A DNA stretch of 57,340 nucleotides from positions 1 through 57,340 of IMG/VR virus record IMGVR_UViG_3300049795_000025; one strand, 5' to 3'. Below are positions 9,425-18,074 of the stretch, piece by piece. A program made the position numbers and the translations under genes. Position 1 is the first letter of the stretch. Each line of letters begins with the position of its first letter. Below the pieces are notes generated by a model that was not told the origin of the DNA, did no database searches, and saw only the letters and a program-made list of their open reading frames with translations. This DNA comes from a virus. Taxonomy: Duplodnaviria; Caudoviricetes.

Positions 9425-9684
9425 TTACCATCGACAAGAGTGAAGCCGCCCGGCCAGAACTCGGGCCGGTCCAGATCGAACGGTTGGCCTGCGCGCGTAA
9501 CCGGGACATTGCCCGGTCGCATCTCCCACAAGAACGCGGCTCCAGACATCTCGTCCTCGGAGACCGACGGCAGTACGACTGCACCCTGTTCGTCGATCGC
9601 GACAGTCTGGACCTCATCACCATCGTACTTCAGCTCCACAAGCGTGTCGCCTACGTAGGTCCAGACCTTCGGCTGAATCTCCAT
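9403..9684 (-). CDS. Hypothetical protein
   Basis: 93 aa; TGATG overlap and GGAAGGG SD. Confidence 0.65.
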   Translation of the reverse strand: MEIQPKVWTYVGDTLVELKYDGDEVQTVAIDEQGAVVLPSVSEDEMSGAAFLWEMRPGNVPVTRAGQPFDLDRPEFWPGGFTLVDGKWKKIVE

Positions 9685-9842
9685 CAAAGCCCTTCCTGTT
9701 GCCGACCTGGATCGATCGTATCCATGCCCAGTTCTTGCTCAAATTGATTGATCTTGGCGATTGCCGCGGCGTCCGAGAAGCCGCGCCAGCGGAGGAACCA
9801 CTGCAGGATCTCCCGCTCTTCTGCTGTGAGGGGCTTAGGCAT
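9684..9842 (-). CDS. Small hypothetical protein (52 aa)
   Basis: MPKPLTAEEREILQWFLRW...; coupled at both ends. Confidence 0.55.
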   Translation of the reverse strand: MPKPLTAEEREILQWFLRWRGFSDAAAIAKINQFEQELGMDTIDPGRQQEGL

Positions 9843-10224
9843 GCGCCGAGCTTTCGCCAGTCGCCTCCGTTGCGGCTAGCTTGACCTCGGCCTTGAGGTC
9901 TTGGATCAGATCCCAGACCTTGCTGTTGTAGGGTCGCTGCGCATGTGGCTTCTTAGGATTGTTGTTGCAAGGCCCGGCGTGGGCGTAGTGCAGCGAACAG
10001 GCGACCCAACAGCACGGCCCCTTCAGCGCCAACAGCTCGTACTCCCGCTCCGCCAGAACGGAGCGCGCAACCCGCAGTTGGTTCTGCAGGCGTACGGAAT
10101 TGTCGATATGGCTCTGAGCAATCTTCCGTAACTGTTCCCGGTTGGGATCTTGGCACCAACAAGTTCCGAGGTAGTGACGAGACGGGCTGTGAAGACGAAG
10201 AAACCGGCGTACCCAGTCAGGCAC
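9835..10224 (-). CDS. Hypothetical Cys/His-rich protein
   Basis: 129 aa; GAGGGGG SD. Confidence 0.6.
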   Translation of the reverse strand: MPDWVRRFLRLHSPSRHYLGTCWCQDPNREQLRKIAQSHIDNSVRLQNQLRVARSVLAEREYELLALKGPCCWVACSLHYAHAGPCNNNPKKPHAQRPYNSKVWDLIQDLKAEVKLAATEATGESSAHA

Positions 10225-10226
10225 AA

Positions 10227-10550
10227 TTAGCCCCCTCGCACCCCGAACAAACCACCGACACGGTACACGGTATCACCAGGGCCGATCCTCAATCCTGGTG
10301 ATCCGTCCTCCAGGGTTCCCCGGTATCCGAATGGAGTCAGCGGATTAAGCGCTGATGCACACATCCATTCGTGAATCAGGCGACGGGACTCTGGGGTGCC
10401 GTCGTAATTGATCTCATCCATCGGAGTTGCAGGACGAACGATTACAGACCCATCCGCGTACAACTGCTCCTCGATGATCAAGTGGTCATACCGAACCCAA
10501 CAATCCATGTTGGGCTCACGTCCATCGACCTGGCACCAATAGTTAGGCAC
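10227..10550 (-). CDS. Hypothetical protein
   Basis: GTG at 10550 with AAGGAG SD, 107 aa. Confidence 0.6.
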   Translation of the reverse strand: MPNYWCQVDGREPNMDCWVRYDHLIIEEQLYADGSVIVRPATPMDEINYDGTPESRRLIHEWMCASALNPLTPFGYRGTLEDGSPGLRIGPGDTVYRVGGLFGVRGG

Positions 10551-10774
10551 GATCGGTCTCCTTTGGGTACTGTCGCGAGACGTTGATTGTAATGCAGCGC
10601 CGGAACATCCTGATCTCCAATTGGCGCCAAGGCCAGCGAGTTGCACCGCCACCATTGCGGAGTTTGATGATCACTGGTATCGGATCCCTTGGCATCAGAT
10701 GCAGGCGTATCTCCAGATCCTGCAGTGGCGCCAGCAGATCCCAACATCCCTGAAGAAGTATCTCCAACCTGGTG

Positions 10775-10996
10775 TCATCGATCGCTCTCCAGTTCTCCGG
10801 GCAACAACCGCGGTACTGGGGTCGTGTCTGGGGTTTGCCGGTTGGGCATCGAGTTATCGAAAGTCTTCGGCAATGCGTAGATCTCAGCCAGCTCTTGCTC
10901 TGGAGTGATCTGTCGATTTTCCCGGTTGGTAGGGTCAATAAAACCCTCCCCCAAACCAAACTCAGTCTCTTGGTCATCATCAGGATTCCATGGCAT
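10775..10996 (-). CDS. Small acidic hypothetical protein
   Basis: 73 aa; AGGAAGG SD; first gene after the repeat region. Confidence 0.55.
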   Translation of the reverse strand: MPWNPDDDQETEFGLGEGFIDPTNRENRQITPEQELAEIYALPKTFDNSMPNRQTPDTTPVPRLLPGELESDR

Positions 10997-11087
10997 AGTT
11001 AAACCTTCCTTTAACTGCAGTGCCGCAACTATAAACAGTCCAGATCACAACAATCATATCCCAGACAACAAACCAACTCTTCAAGAT

Positions 11088-11385
11088 CGGGTCTCTGGGT
11101 CTCTGGGTTACTTGTGACACTTAGCTCTATACGTACGAGACGAGAGAATCTCTCCCGTAGTAGCTAAGTTATCTACTTAACCCAGAGACCCAGAGACTAC
11201 TACTAAGTAACTATCTATTGACCAGGGCAAACATTGGTCTCTGGGTTGAACGAAAACCCAGCGTAGACCCAGCGACTAACCCGGAGACCGTCACTGAAAC
11301 GACTGCAGTTTTATTTGTAATCATTTTTAACAATCTCTCCGGTCTCCGGGTTAGGTCTCTGGGTTTGACTCCGGGTAGGTCTCTT
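11088..11385. repeat. Putative replication origin: iterons and 20-bp inverted repeat
   Basis: Perfect inverted repeat GTCTCTGGGTCTCTGGGTTA (11091-11110 / 11178-11197), further GGTCTC(T/C)GG-like copies to 11385, AT-rich patches; non-coding and directly after the primase-helicase gene. Confidence 0.7.
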
Positions 11386-11394
11386 ATCCGCCAA

Positions 11395-13857
11395 CTATCC
11401 GTACACCTTCGCCCATCCATCCTTCAGCCGGAATCCGACTCGGAACCACGCAGATCTACCATCGAACTTTATGCTCTTCTTGGGAATTGCTTCTCCCAAC
11501 TCTCTACCAAACTTCGTGCTGCTCCAGATCTCCCGAGTTGGAATCCCGTTCTCGGTGCACCAAGCCTGATAGGCCCGATACAGGTCCATCGGCCGCACCC
11601 GGTACGCGGGATCGTCAATCTCCCCAGCCTCGCCAATCTCGTCAAGGCATGCGTCGAGATCGGAGATCTCCCTCCAGAACTTCGCATTAGCCGCGACCGC
11701 TCCGAGCGGCATGGTCTGAACCGCATCAGGGTCATCGAGATAGGCACGGTAACCCTCGACCAGCCATGCGAGAATCGCCTGCCGCCCCTGCGCGGAACCG
11801 AGCCGAGCGCGGTAAGTCGCATCCTCCTCGGACTTCGGGATCTCGACGTCAAACGGCACAACCATGATCCTGCGTTTAAGAGCGCGGTCCGCCCCCTCAA
11901 TTGTTGGCGGCTTATTCGTTACCAACCAGGGTGTAAACCTTGGCACCATGTCGACGAAGACCTTCGCCTGCAATGTACGAGCAGTAATCGGCGTACCACC
12001 AGTGAGCCGCTTGATCTGATCCGGATGCAGGTGCCAGGACCGCGAGGCCTCCTCAGCGTACACGAACCGCATAGGGAGTACCCGGATCAGGTCAGGCCGC
12101 GGCTTCTCGTCCTGGTTGTCGCGGAAGATCGTCATATTGGCCGAGCCCGCATACTGCCCCAGCGCACCCGAGATCGCTTCAGCAAACGTTGATTTTCCGG
12201 TAGAGGTCTCACCAAGACAAACGACCATCAGCCGCCGCGGATTCGCCCCTAGCAGGGAATATCCAGACAACTTCTGCAGCCAGGCACGGACTTCAACATC
12301 CGGCTGGAACCGCGCTAAGAACTTGTCCCATTCGGGTAGCTCGGCATCAGCGGCGAAGTCTCCACCCGTCGACAGAGTATTCAGGTGCTCCTGTACTGAG
12401 GGCACACGTTTGACGACACCGCCAGTGAACTCTCCAGGTAATAGCACTGTTCCGTTGGTACAGACGAGATGCGACGGATCTGTATCGAACCGTTCAGCAG
12501 CAACAGTCAAGCCCTTGTTAGACCTGCCATGCCGCAGCATTGCGTTGACCCGGGCATCATTCGAGGAGGCCCTGATAAACTTCCCAAACGCGGCCTTCTC
12601 CTTGGGATCCTCGATAAACTCGATCTCCCGGCTCATCCTGCCGACAGTCTTCGTGGCCATCCGGATAACCTCATCATCCGGATCTGAGGTCCAGGTCTTA
12701 CCGTTCCAGATGAACCATTCCTTGTAGGCTGGGACCCAGCGGACCTCATTTCTCCAGTCCAGCGCGAACCGACGACCGTTGCCGATGTCGTCCCTGGTGA
12801 AGTCCATGCCCTCAGAGCCGCGGTTCCGGTACGACGGTGCACGGGATACCTCTGCCATGACGCAGGGGTCGTCGTCGTCCGTCGGCCCTTCGGCAGCGAC
12901 CTTAAGCACACCGCGGGCCTTGATCGAGGCCCATTCGCCCGAGGACTTCTCCGGCCGACGCCCGCGGAGTGCCTCCTTATGTGCCAGCATAAGCTTTCTA
13001 AGCGCACCCTGTACCCCCGAGTGCCCCGCGGCCGAATCCCGGAGTACCGCCCAAGCTCCGTCCCGGGCTGCGTCGTGCGCCCCGCCGTCCTCACCACCGG
13101 CAGCGATCTTCGACATCCAGGTATCAAGCGTCCGCTGCATCTTCTCACACAGCGGCCCGTCTGGCCGATCCAGGATCCACTGCTGGACCTCGGCCGGATC
13201 GAGGTCTGCCTCCTCGTGCTCAACCCACTTCCTACCAGACGTCAGACCTGTGACCCAGGCCGAGGGTAATTCCGCTAGCTCAACGAGCGCGGGGAACTCC
13301 CAATCGCCGTTCTCAGTAGCCGATCCAGTAGTCTGCGTTCCATCTGGGGCGAACCAGTGATACTGCTCGCCGGTCTTGTCATGGATCGACGGCGCAACGA
13401 TCACATAGCGGTGGTCCCAGCGGCACAGCTCGATCCCGCCGCCTTGCGGCAGCTTACCAGGCCAAGAAAGCCCCTCCGGAATCCGGAACAGCCGGATGCC
13501 GGATATCCCATCTGTCCGGGACGTCGTTCGCCAGGTAACTGGCAGCGATCCCCAGGACTCTTCAGCAGCAACCAAGGTTGCTGCACCGTCCTTGCCGGAG
13601 TATGCGTCGACATCGATCCCGAGCAACGTCGGCGGCATCCGGAGCGCAATGTTACCATCGCCCTTAGACTTAATCCAGTATTCCACCTTTCCAGGCTCAG
13701 CTGCGCGGCCCTTTCCGCCGGTGTAGCCAGTCGGCGGCCAAGACTTCTCTCCAGGTGGTAGCGGAAGCGGCGACCAGCCCGCCTTGAAGTACTGGCGGGC
13801 TGCAAACTCATATGGCCGTACTGCATCCGGAACCGCGTGGAGGTGTCGCCTATTCAC
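11395..13857 (-). CDS. Bifunctional primase-polymerase fused to D5-like SF3 helicase
   Basis: N-terminal prim-pol motifs (PLPPGEK, GIDVD, YVIVAPS); Walker A GETSTGKST; TNKPP; RRIMVVPF. Confidence 0.92.
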   Translation of the reverse strand: MNRRHLHAVPDAVRPYEFAARQYFKAGWSPLPLPPGEKSWPPTGYTGGKGRAAEPGKVEYWIKSKGDGNIALRMPPTLLGIDVDAYSGKDGAATLVAAEESWGSLPVTWRTTSRTDGISGIRLFRIPEGLSWPGKLPQGGGIELCRWDHRYVIVAPSIHDKTGEQYHWFAPDGTQTTGSATENGDWEFPALVELAELPSAWVTGLTSGRKWVEHEEADLDPAEVQQWILDRPDGPLCEKMQRTLDTWMSKIAAGGEDGGAHDAARDGAWAVLRDSAAGHSGVQGALRKLMLAHKEALRGRRPEKSSGEWASIKARGVLKVAAEGPTDDDDPCVMAEVSRAPSYRNRGSEGMDFTRDDIGNGRRFALDWRNEVRWVPAYKEWFIWNGKTWTSDPDDEVIRMATKTVGRMSREIEFIEDPKEKAAFGKFIRASSNDARVNAMLRHGRSNKGLTVAAERFDTDPSHLVCTNGTVLLPGEFTGGVVKRVPSVQEHLNTLSTGGDFAADAELPEWDKFLARFQPDVEVRAWLQKLSGYSLLGANPRRLMVVCLGETSTGKSTFAEAISGALGQYAGSANMTIFRDNQDEKPRPDLIRVLPMRFVYAEEASRSWHLHPDQIKRLTGGTPITARTLQAKVFVDMVPRFTPWLVTNKPPTIEGADRALKRRIMVVPFDVEIPKSEEDATYRARLGSAQGRQAILAWLVEGYRAYLDDPDAVQTMPLGAVAANAKFWREISDLDACLDEIGEAGEIDDPAYRVRPMDLYRAYQAWCTENGIPTREIWSSTKFGRELGEAIPKKSIKFDGRSAWFRVGFRLKDGWAKVYG

Positions 13858-14137
13858 TCCTCACCCGCGAAGCAGCAACATCAACGATTGCCATGCCCTT
13901 TGCAACCATTCCAGCGATGATCAATTCGCGCCAGATGTCGCTGAGATCGCAGCAGCGGTTCTCAGCTTCATCGACCGCACGGAGGAATAGCTCAGTGGGA
14001 ATCGCTGCCTGCGCCTTTGGGCCGATGTACGACCGGCCTCCGCTAGACGCAAGCGATGCCTCAAGCGCGAGCATCGCCCTTTGCCTTGCGCGCTTGAGCT
14101 TTACCTCAAGCCACGGGTCTATCATTTCAGTATGCAT
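13850..14137 (-). CDS. Hypothetical protein
   Basis: About 95 aa, overlaps the primase start. Confidence 0.5.
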   Translation of the reverse strand: MHTEMIDPWLEVKLKRARQRAMLALEASLASSGGRSYIGPKAQAAIPTELFLRAVDEAENRCCDLSDIWRELIIAGMVAKGMAIVDVAASRVRSE

Positions 14138-14175
14138 ATTTAAATCCGATCCACTAGCAGGAACCGAGCCCGAGC

Positions 14176-14367
14176 CTACGCCTGATCCGAGACCGGCAGC
14201 AGGGTCAGCGAGTAGACCAACCGCGTGTGCCTGGGATCGTCGACCCAGCCGAAGCACTTCATGCACATGCCCTGTCGCATGATCCCCACATGCATCTCAT
14301 CCCGGCCGTAAATCCACGCCTCAGCCTCGACGCGTTCTCGCTGCAGCCGCTTAGCTAGTGGACCCAT
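14176..14367 (-). CDS. Small hypothetical protein
   Basis: 63 aa with CxxC. Confidence 0.5.
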   Translation of the reverse strand: MGPLAKRLQRERVEAEAWIYGRDEMHVGIMRQGMCMKCFGWVDDPRHTRLVYSLTLLPVSDQA

Positions 14368-14926
14368 TTTCCATCTCGGCTTTTACCTTGAACGCTGCGG
14401 ATGCCTTGATCTGCCTATCCCGCTGCCGTTTGAGAAAGGTCAGGCAATGCTTAGTAGCGTCCCGAGCGTGCTCTTTTCCAGGGATCCAGAAACCCATAGC
14501 CATCTGCCGATCGTCTGTGATCGTCGTCATTGCCAGCGAAGGCTGCTGCTTGATCCAGTACCGCGGACGGACGGCCCATTCGAGTACCGAAGTGATCCGG
14601 ACCGGCGACAGGACCTCTCGGCCGCCTGGCCCCCGGCGATCGATGAAGTCCTCGATGATCAATCGAGCCGATGGCCACTGCTCGACCAGCTCGAAAATCT
14701 CATCACACTGTGAGTTCTCGGCTCCAGTAAATTCCCCAGCAACCCAGAATTCCACATTGTTGGTGATGCGGACATCCGGATCGCCTGACAGCGCGTCCGG
14801 ATGCACCCCCATGACGGTCCACCCGCTGAACCCGCCGGGATCGATCCCAAGCACGATATACTGGTCCGGATCACTCTCACCGCCCCATAAGCCTGTCGCG
14901 GATTCGCGGTCCATGAGATTACCCAT
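14351..14926 (-). CDS. RuvC-like Holliday junction resolvase
   Basis: VLGIDPG, IIEDF, HARDA acidic motifs of the RNase H fold. Confidence 0.8.
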   Translation of the reverse strand: MGNLMDRESATGLWGGESDPDQYIVLGIDPGGFSGWTVMGVHPDALSGDPDVRITNNVEFWVAGEFTGAENSQCDEIFELVEQWPSARLIIEDFIDRRGPGGREVLSPVRITSVLEWAVRPRYWIKQQPSLAMTTITDDRQMAMGFWIPGKEHARDATKHCLTFLKRQRDRQIKASAAFKVKAEMENGSTS

Positions 14927-15071
14927 TGCTTTCCCCCAGCTTTCGACCTTCTTGAACCATCAACACATACAGATAGCTGGCAACAAATGCGTAGTCGAGC
15001 TTGATAGCAATCTGCTCCTGCGCTAACAGAGCCTTCTGGATAAGGACAGCCCCAATCACCGCTATCCCCAT
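14919..15071 (-). CDS. Small hypothetical protein
   Basis: About 50-aa hydrophobic ORF; start uncertain. Confidence 0.4.
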   Translation of the reverse strand: MGIAVIGAVLIQKALLAQEQIAIKLDYAFVASYLYVLMVQEGRKLGESNG

Positions 15072-15109
15072 TAGGTTCCCGTGAGCTAGCAGCAGTGAGC
15101 GCGGTGGGG

Positions 15110-15514
15110 TTACCACCAGCCGACCCGCTGCCCTATCACGAACAAGGCCCAAGCGCCCGACAGGACGGGCACACCGATGAAGAGCCCGTACGCAACGAAC
15201 ATCGATAGCGAGACCTGATACCAGCGGTATGGCTCGACTTCGTGCCTAGTCGACGCGGCAGCCGAGACGAACGCCCCTGTGGTATGGCCCTCCGGCCAAT
15301 CGATTGCGACTACCTCGGCGTCTGGGTAGCCCAAATCAATCAAATACTGCACTTTTAGCGGCGGGATCTCCCTTGTCGGCGTTACGTTCGCCAGCTCTCC
15401 GGGCCCCATCTGGTTCATAGCAGGCACCGGGCGGAAATCCTCCTCTTCACCAGTAGGTCCGGTAACATTCGGCGCACCATCTGTATTGGTTTCTACAGGC
15501 TTTTCTTCAGACAT
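15110..15514 (-). CDS. Membrane protein
   Basis: GGAGG SD, acidic N-terminus, C-terminal TM segment. Confidence 0.65.
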   Translation of the reverse strand: MSEEKPVETNTDGAPNVTGPTGEEEDFRPVPAMNQMGPGELANVTPTREIPPLKVQYLIDLGYPDAEVVAIDWPEGHTTGAFVSAAASTRHEVEPYRWYQVSLSMFVAYGLFIGVPVLSGAWALFVIGQRVGWW

Positions 15515-15671
15515 TGCATACCTCCGTAGCAATCGATATGATGAACCAGGCTATCGCCAGTAGCAACATTGCAGCGCCGAAAGCGACGCCCAGCCGCCAA
15601 CCGCGATTGCTCGACGGCCACTGACTGGGCGTTACCCTGCGCTGGAACCGTTCAGGCTTTTGGAGTTTCAT
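15507..15671 (-). CDS. Small membrane protein
   Basis: 54 aa with one TM helix. Confidence 0.5.
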   Translation of the reverse strand: MKLQKPERFQRRVTPSQWPSSNRGWRLGVAFGAAMLLLAIAWFIISIATEVCNV

Positions 15672-15867
15672 GCTCTGGAAGCATCGAGTCCGCATTGATG
15701 GTGATGGTGATGGTGATGGTGATATTGGAGGTCTCACGCTTATCGGACTGTTCTATCCGCAGTTTCTCCGCTGCGGTCCGGTACATCTTGCCGTTGCCGA
15801 GCTCAGCGGAAGCGCCTGGCCTGGAGACCCGCTGCAACTTTATCTGGATATTGGAGTGCTCGCCCAT
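15652..15867 (-). CDS. Hypothetical protein with ITITITIT tract
   Basis: 71 aa; GAAAGG SD; contains a hexamer repeat. Confidence 0.5.
   Translation of the reverse strand: MGEHSNIQIKLQRVSRPGASAELGNGKMYRTAAEKLRIEQSDKRETSNITITITITINADSMLPEHETPKA
15697..15723. repeat. Hexanucleotide microsatellite (GATGGT)x4.5
   Basis: tgatggtgatggtgatggtgatggtgat is seen directly. Confidence 0.85.
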
Positions 15868-15868
15868 G

Positions 15869-16030
15869 TCAGCCTTTCCGCTTCGGCGGTCGACGATTGT
15901 TCCATAGCGCCATACTGATCCCTATCGGGGACGACGGGGAGTGTTTGGTTTGGGGGTCTGGGTGCTCGGCCTCGGTTTCGGGTTGCTGGGTTTCGCTGGG
16001 GGCCTCGGCCTTACCATCATCACAGGACAT
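15869..16030 (-). CDS. Small hypothetical protein
   Basis: 53 aa; GGAG SD; follows the thyX stop. Confidence 0.45.
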   Translation of the reverse strand: MSCDDGKAEAPSETQQPETEAEHPDPQTKHSPSSPIGISMALWNNRRPPKRKG

Positions 16031-16032
16031 TG

Positions 16033-17121
16033 CTAGCTCCGTGCAGCGGAAGGGTCGGCCGCCCACTCGTAGTCATGGATCGCACCGATAAACAGCGGCC
16101 TGGACTGCTCGTCCACGACTACGCTCCGCGGACTAACCCCCACCACAATCGTCTCAGACGGCATGACATCGTACTCCTGCCCCCACAAAATGCTCTGACG
16201 ACCGAGCTTCTCGTTAGCGTCCACTCGATTGCGGATCGAGCATGACCGGTCGAACTTCGCCATGAAGCCGCAAGATCCAGTCTGAAAGCACACCGGCCGG
16301 AGCCGATCGGCAATCGCCTCGAACTGCCAACCGTCCGAAGCGCTCGGAGTCTGGAACAAATTCCCATAGCTATCCGCAAGCACCCGATACTCGCGAAGTG
16401 CAGATGCCATCCCAGCGAAGATCAGGCGCCAGGGGAACTGCGCCTGGGTGCAGGTGCGCTTTCCCGCTTCAGCGAGAAGCGTCCGCAGGTCCATGACCCA
16501 GTGGATCCTGGTCGGCATATCGTGGGGCAGCACTCCGCGCGCCTCCTCCGCAGGCATACCCATCTCGATCAGCCGCTCATAGGCGTTCTGCGCATTGATC
16601 ATGGCGTCCTGCCACTCGTCCAGCATGCGGATCTTTGCCGTCGGAGGGGCCGCTGAACCGCTAGACACTCGCAGCATGTGCTGCCGATATTCTTCTTGCT
16701 GCTCCTTCGCTCCAGAGAGCGAAGCGGGCAGCGGGATCTCGTCGGCCCAGTTGCCCTCCGGCACGGCGAAGCGCAGCGACTCCTGGGCGAAGAACGACGC
16801 ACGGCTACGAACCATTTGGTGCGTGATCGAACGGGTGACGCCTTCGATCTGGAAGTGAAACTGCACAGCCTCCAGCGGACCGTCCAGTACAGTTGACGCC
16901 ATATCATCAAGGCAAGCTCGGCGCTGGTCATCGGTGACCTCGGAGAGCGACCGCACCACATGCCCCTTGTACTGTTCGCACAACGCTGCGACCGAGCCAA
17001 GGGGATCCGGCGTCGCGTTCAGCAGCCGCACGCGGATCTGCCCCCGCTGCTCCTCCGGGATACTTTCCCTTGCGTATTGCGCGGCATCGGCTACATGAAC
17101 CAACGCCCTGTCCTTATGCAT
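16033..17121 (-). CDS. thyX: ThyX-family flavin-dependent thymidylate synthase homolog
   Basis: TRSITHQMVRSR...QESLR and EEARGVLP match the ThyX signature, with RHR changed to RSR. Confidence 0.85.
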   Translation of the reverse strand: MHKDRALVHVADAAQYARESIPEEQRGQIRVRLLNATPDPLGSVAALCEQYKGHVVRSLSEVTDDQRRACLDDMASTVLDGPLEAVQFHFQIEGVTRSITHQMVRSRASFFAQESLRFAVPEGNWADEIPLPASLSGAKEQQEEYRQHMLRVSSGSAAPPTAKIRMLDEWQDAMINAQNAYERLIEMGMPAEEARGVLPHDMPTRIHWVMDLRTLLAEAGKRTCTQAQFPWRLIFAGMASALREYRVLADSYGNLFQTPSASDGWQFEAIADRLRPVCFQTGSCGFMAKFDRSCSIRNRVDANEKLGRQSILWGQEYDVMPSETIVVGVSPRSVVVDEQSRPLFIGAIHDYEWAADPSAARS

Positions 17122-17363
17122 CAGCGAATGCTCCTTAAATGGATTGCATGTTCCACTTGCGGGCGTTTGCAGTTAAAGTACCAGCATTCATCCAGCCTTG
17201 TGTACTTGCTGCCTTTGGCGCGGGTAATAGGCCGAAACACATGATCAGTGATTAGCTCTTCCGGCGCTCCGAACCCACTTTCTCGATCGCTGAGTTGACC
17301 CCTGCACTCACCAGAATCCCTGTAGTGATGATTAGGCCGAGGATCTGCATCCACAACGTCCAT
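17121..17363 (-). CDS. Hypothetical protein (start uncertain; overlaps an alternative TM ORF at 17252..17437)
   Basis: Stop overlaps the thyX start (TGATG). Confidence 0.4.
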   Translation of the reverse strand: MDVVDADPRPNHHYRDSGECRGQLSDRESGFGAPEELITDHVFRPITRAKGSKYTRLDECWYFNCKRPQVEHAIHLRSIR

Positions 17364-17471
17364 GACATCAGCGTTCCATCCATCCGAGTACCGTGATCAC
17401 AATGTTGAGGAGCCATATCAACTTCTTCTTCCCGCAAGGGCGGACAATCTCGGGGAATGGCGGATGTTCAT

Positions 17472-17816
17472 TCACAGAATCTCTCCATCATCCGCACGGC
17501 GTAGCCCTCGTACGTCGACGAAGTACGGCTCGTAACTTCTGGGATCCCCTGCGGCCGGATCCATGCTTTTCCCGGCCTCCATACGCTTGTGCGCGGCAAC
17601 CGAAACCGGATCTGCCACAAGCACATAGTTCAGCGCGTCCAGAACCTCCTGCACACCGTCCTGCAGCGCGAACGTCGTTTGCTTGAGCCGCGACAACGCA
17701 AGCGCCAGGTCTCTCGCGGTCTGATCCGTCAGCGCGAGCTCCAGAGAGCGTCGATCATGCTCTGGATTGGTATGTGCCAGGTGAACGGTCTTCCCGTCCC
17801 AATATTTCGACTCCAT
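17472..17816 (-). CDS. Hypothetical protein
   Basis: ATG at 17816 preceded by GAAGGGACCAA. Confidence 0.65.
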   Translation of the reverse strand: MESKYWDGKTVHLAHTNPEHDRRSLELALTDQTARDLALALSRLKQTTFALQDGVQEVLDALNYVLVADPVSVAAHKRMEAGKSMDPAAGDPRSYEPYFVDVRGLRRADDGEIL

Positions 17817-17858
17817 GTTGGTCCCTTCTATCAAGGCGCTAAAGATATCCGATCCAAT

Positions 17859-18074
17859 CTAACTGCCGATAGCATCGTCCTTCCACTCTTCCATAGCTGC
17901 CAAGATAGCGCCGCGGCGCTTTGGATCCAACAGGTTGAGCCTAGCCGTTGCGTAGATCACCGCACGGACCGGGGCAGAGAGCCTGAACCAGTCTGACCTG
18001 CAAGCGAAGAGCGCGTTACTGATAACCTTCGTGCAATCGGGCCGAGGACAGTTGTGTTTACTCGTCGTTCTCAT
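17859..18074 (-). CDS. Small Cys-containing protein
   Basis: HNCPRPDC...FACRSDW zinc-ribbon-like pattern. Confidence 0.55.
   Translation of the reverse strand: MRTTSKHNCPRPDCTKVISNALFACRSDWFRLSAPVRAVIYATARLNLLDPKRRGAILAAMEEWKDDAIGS

Noticed and set aside
11088-11385. CRISPR array or transposon ends
   Set aside because: Repeats are short, irregularly spaced and in both orientations, and there is no transposase.
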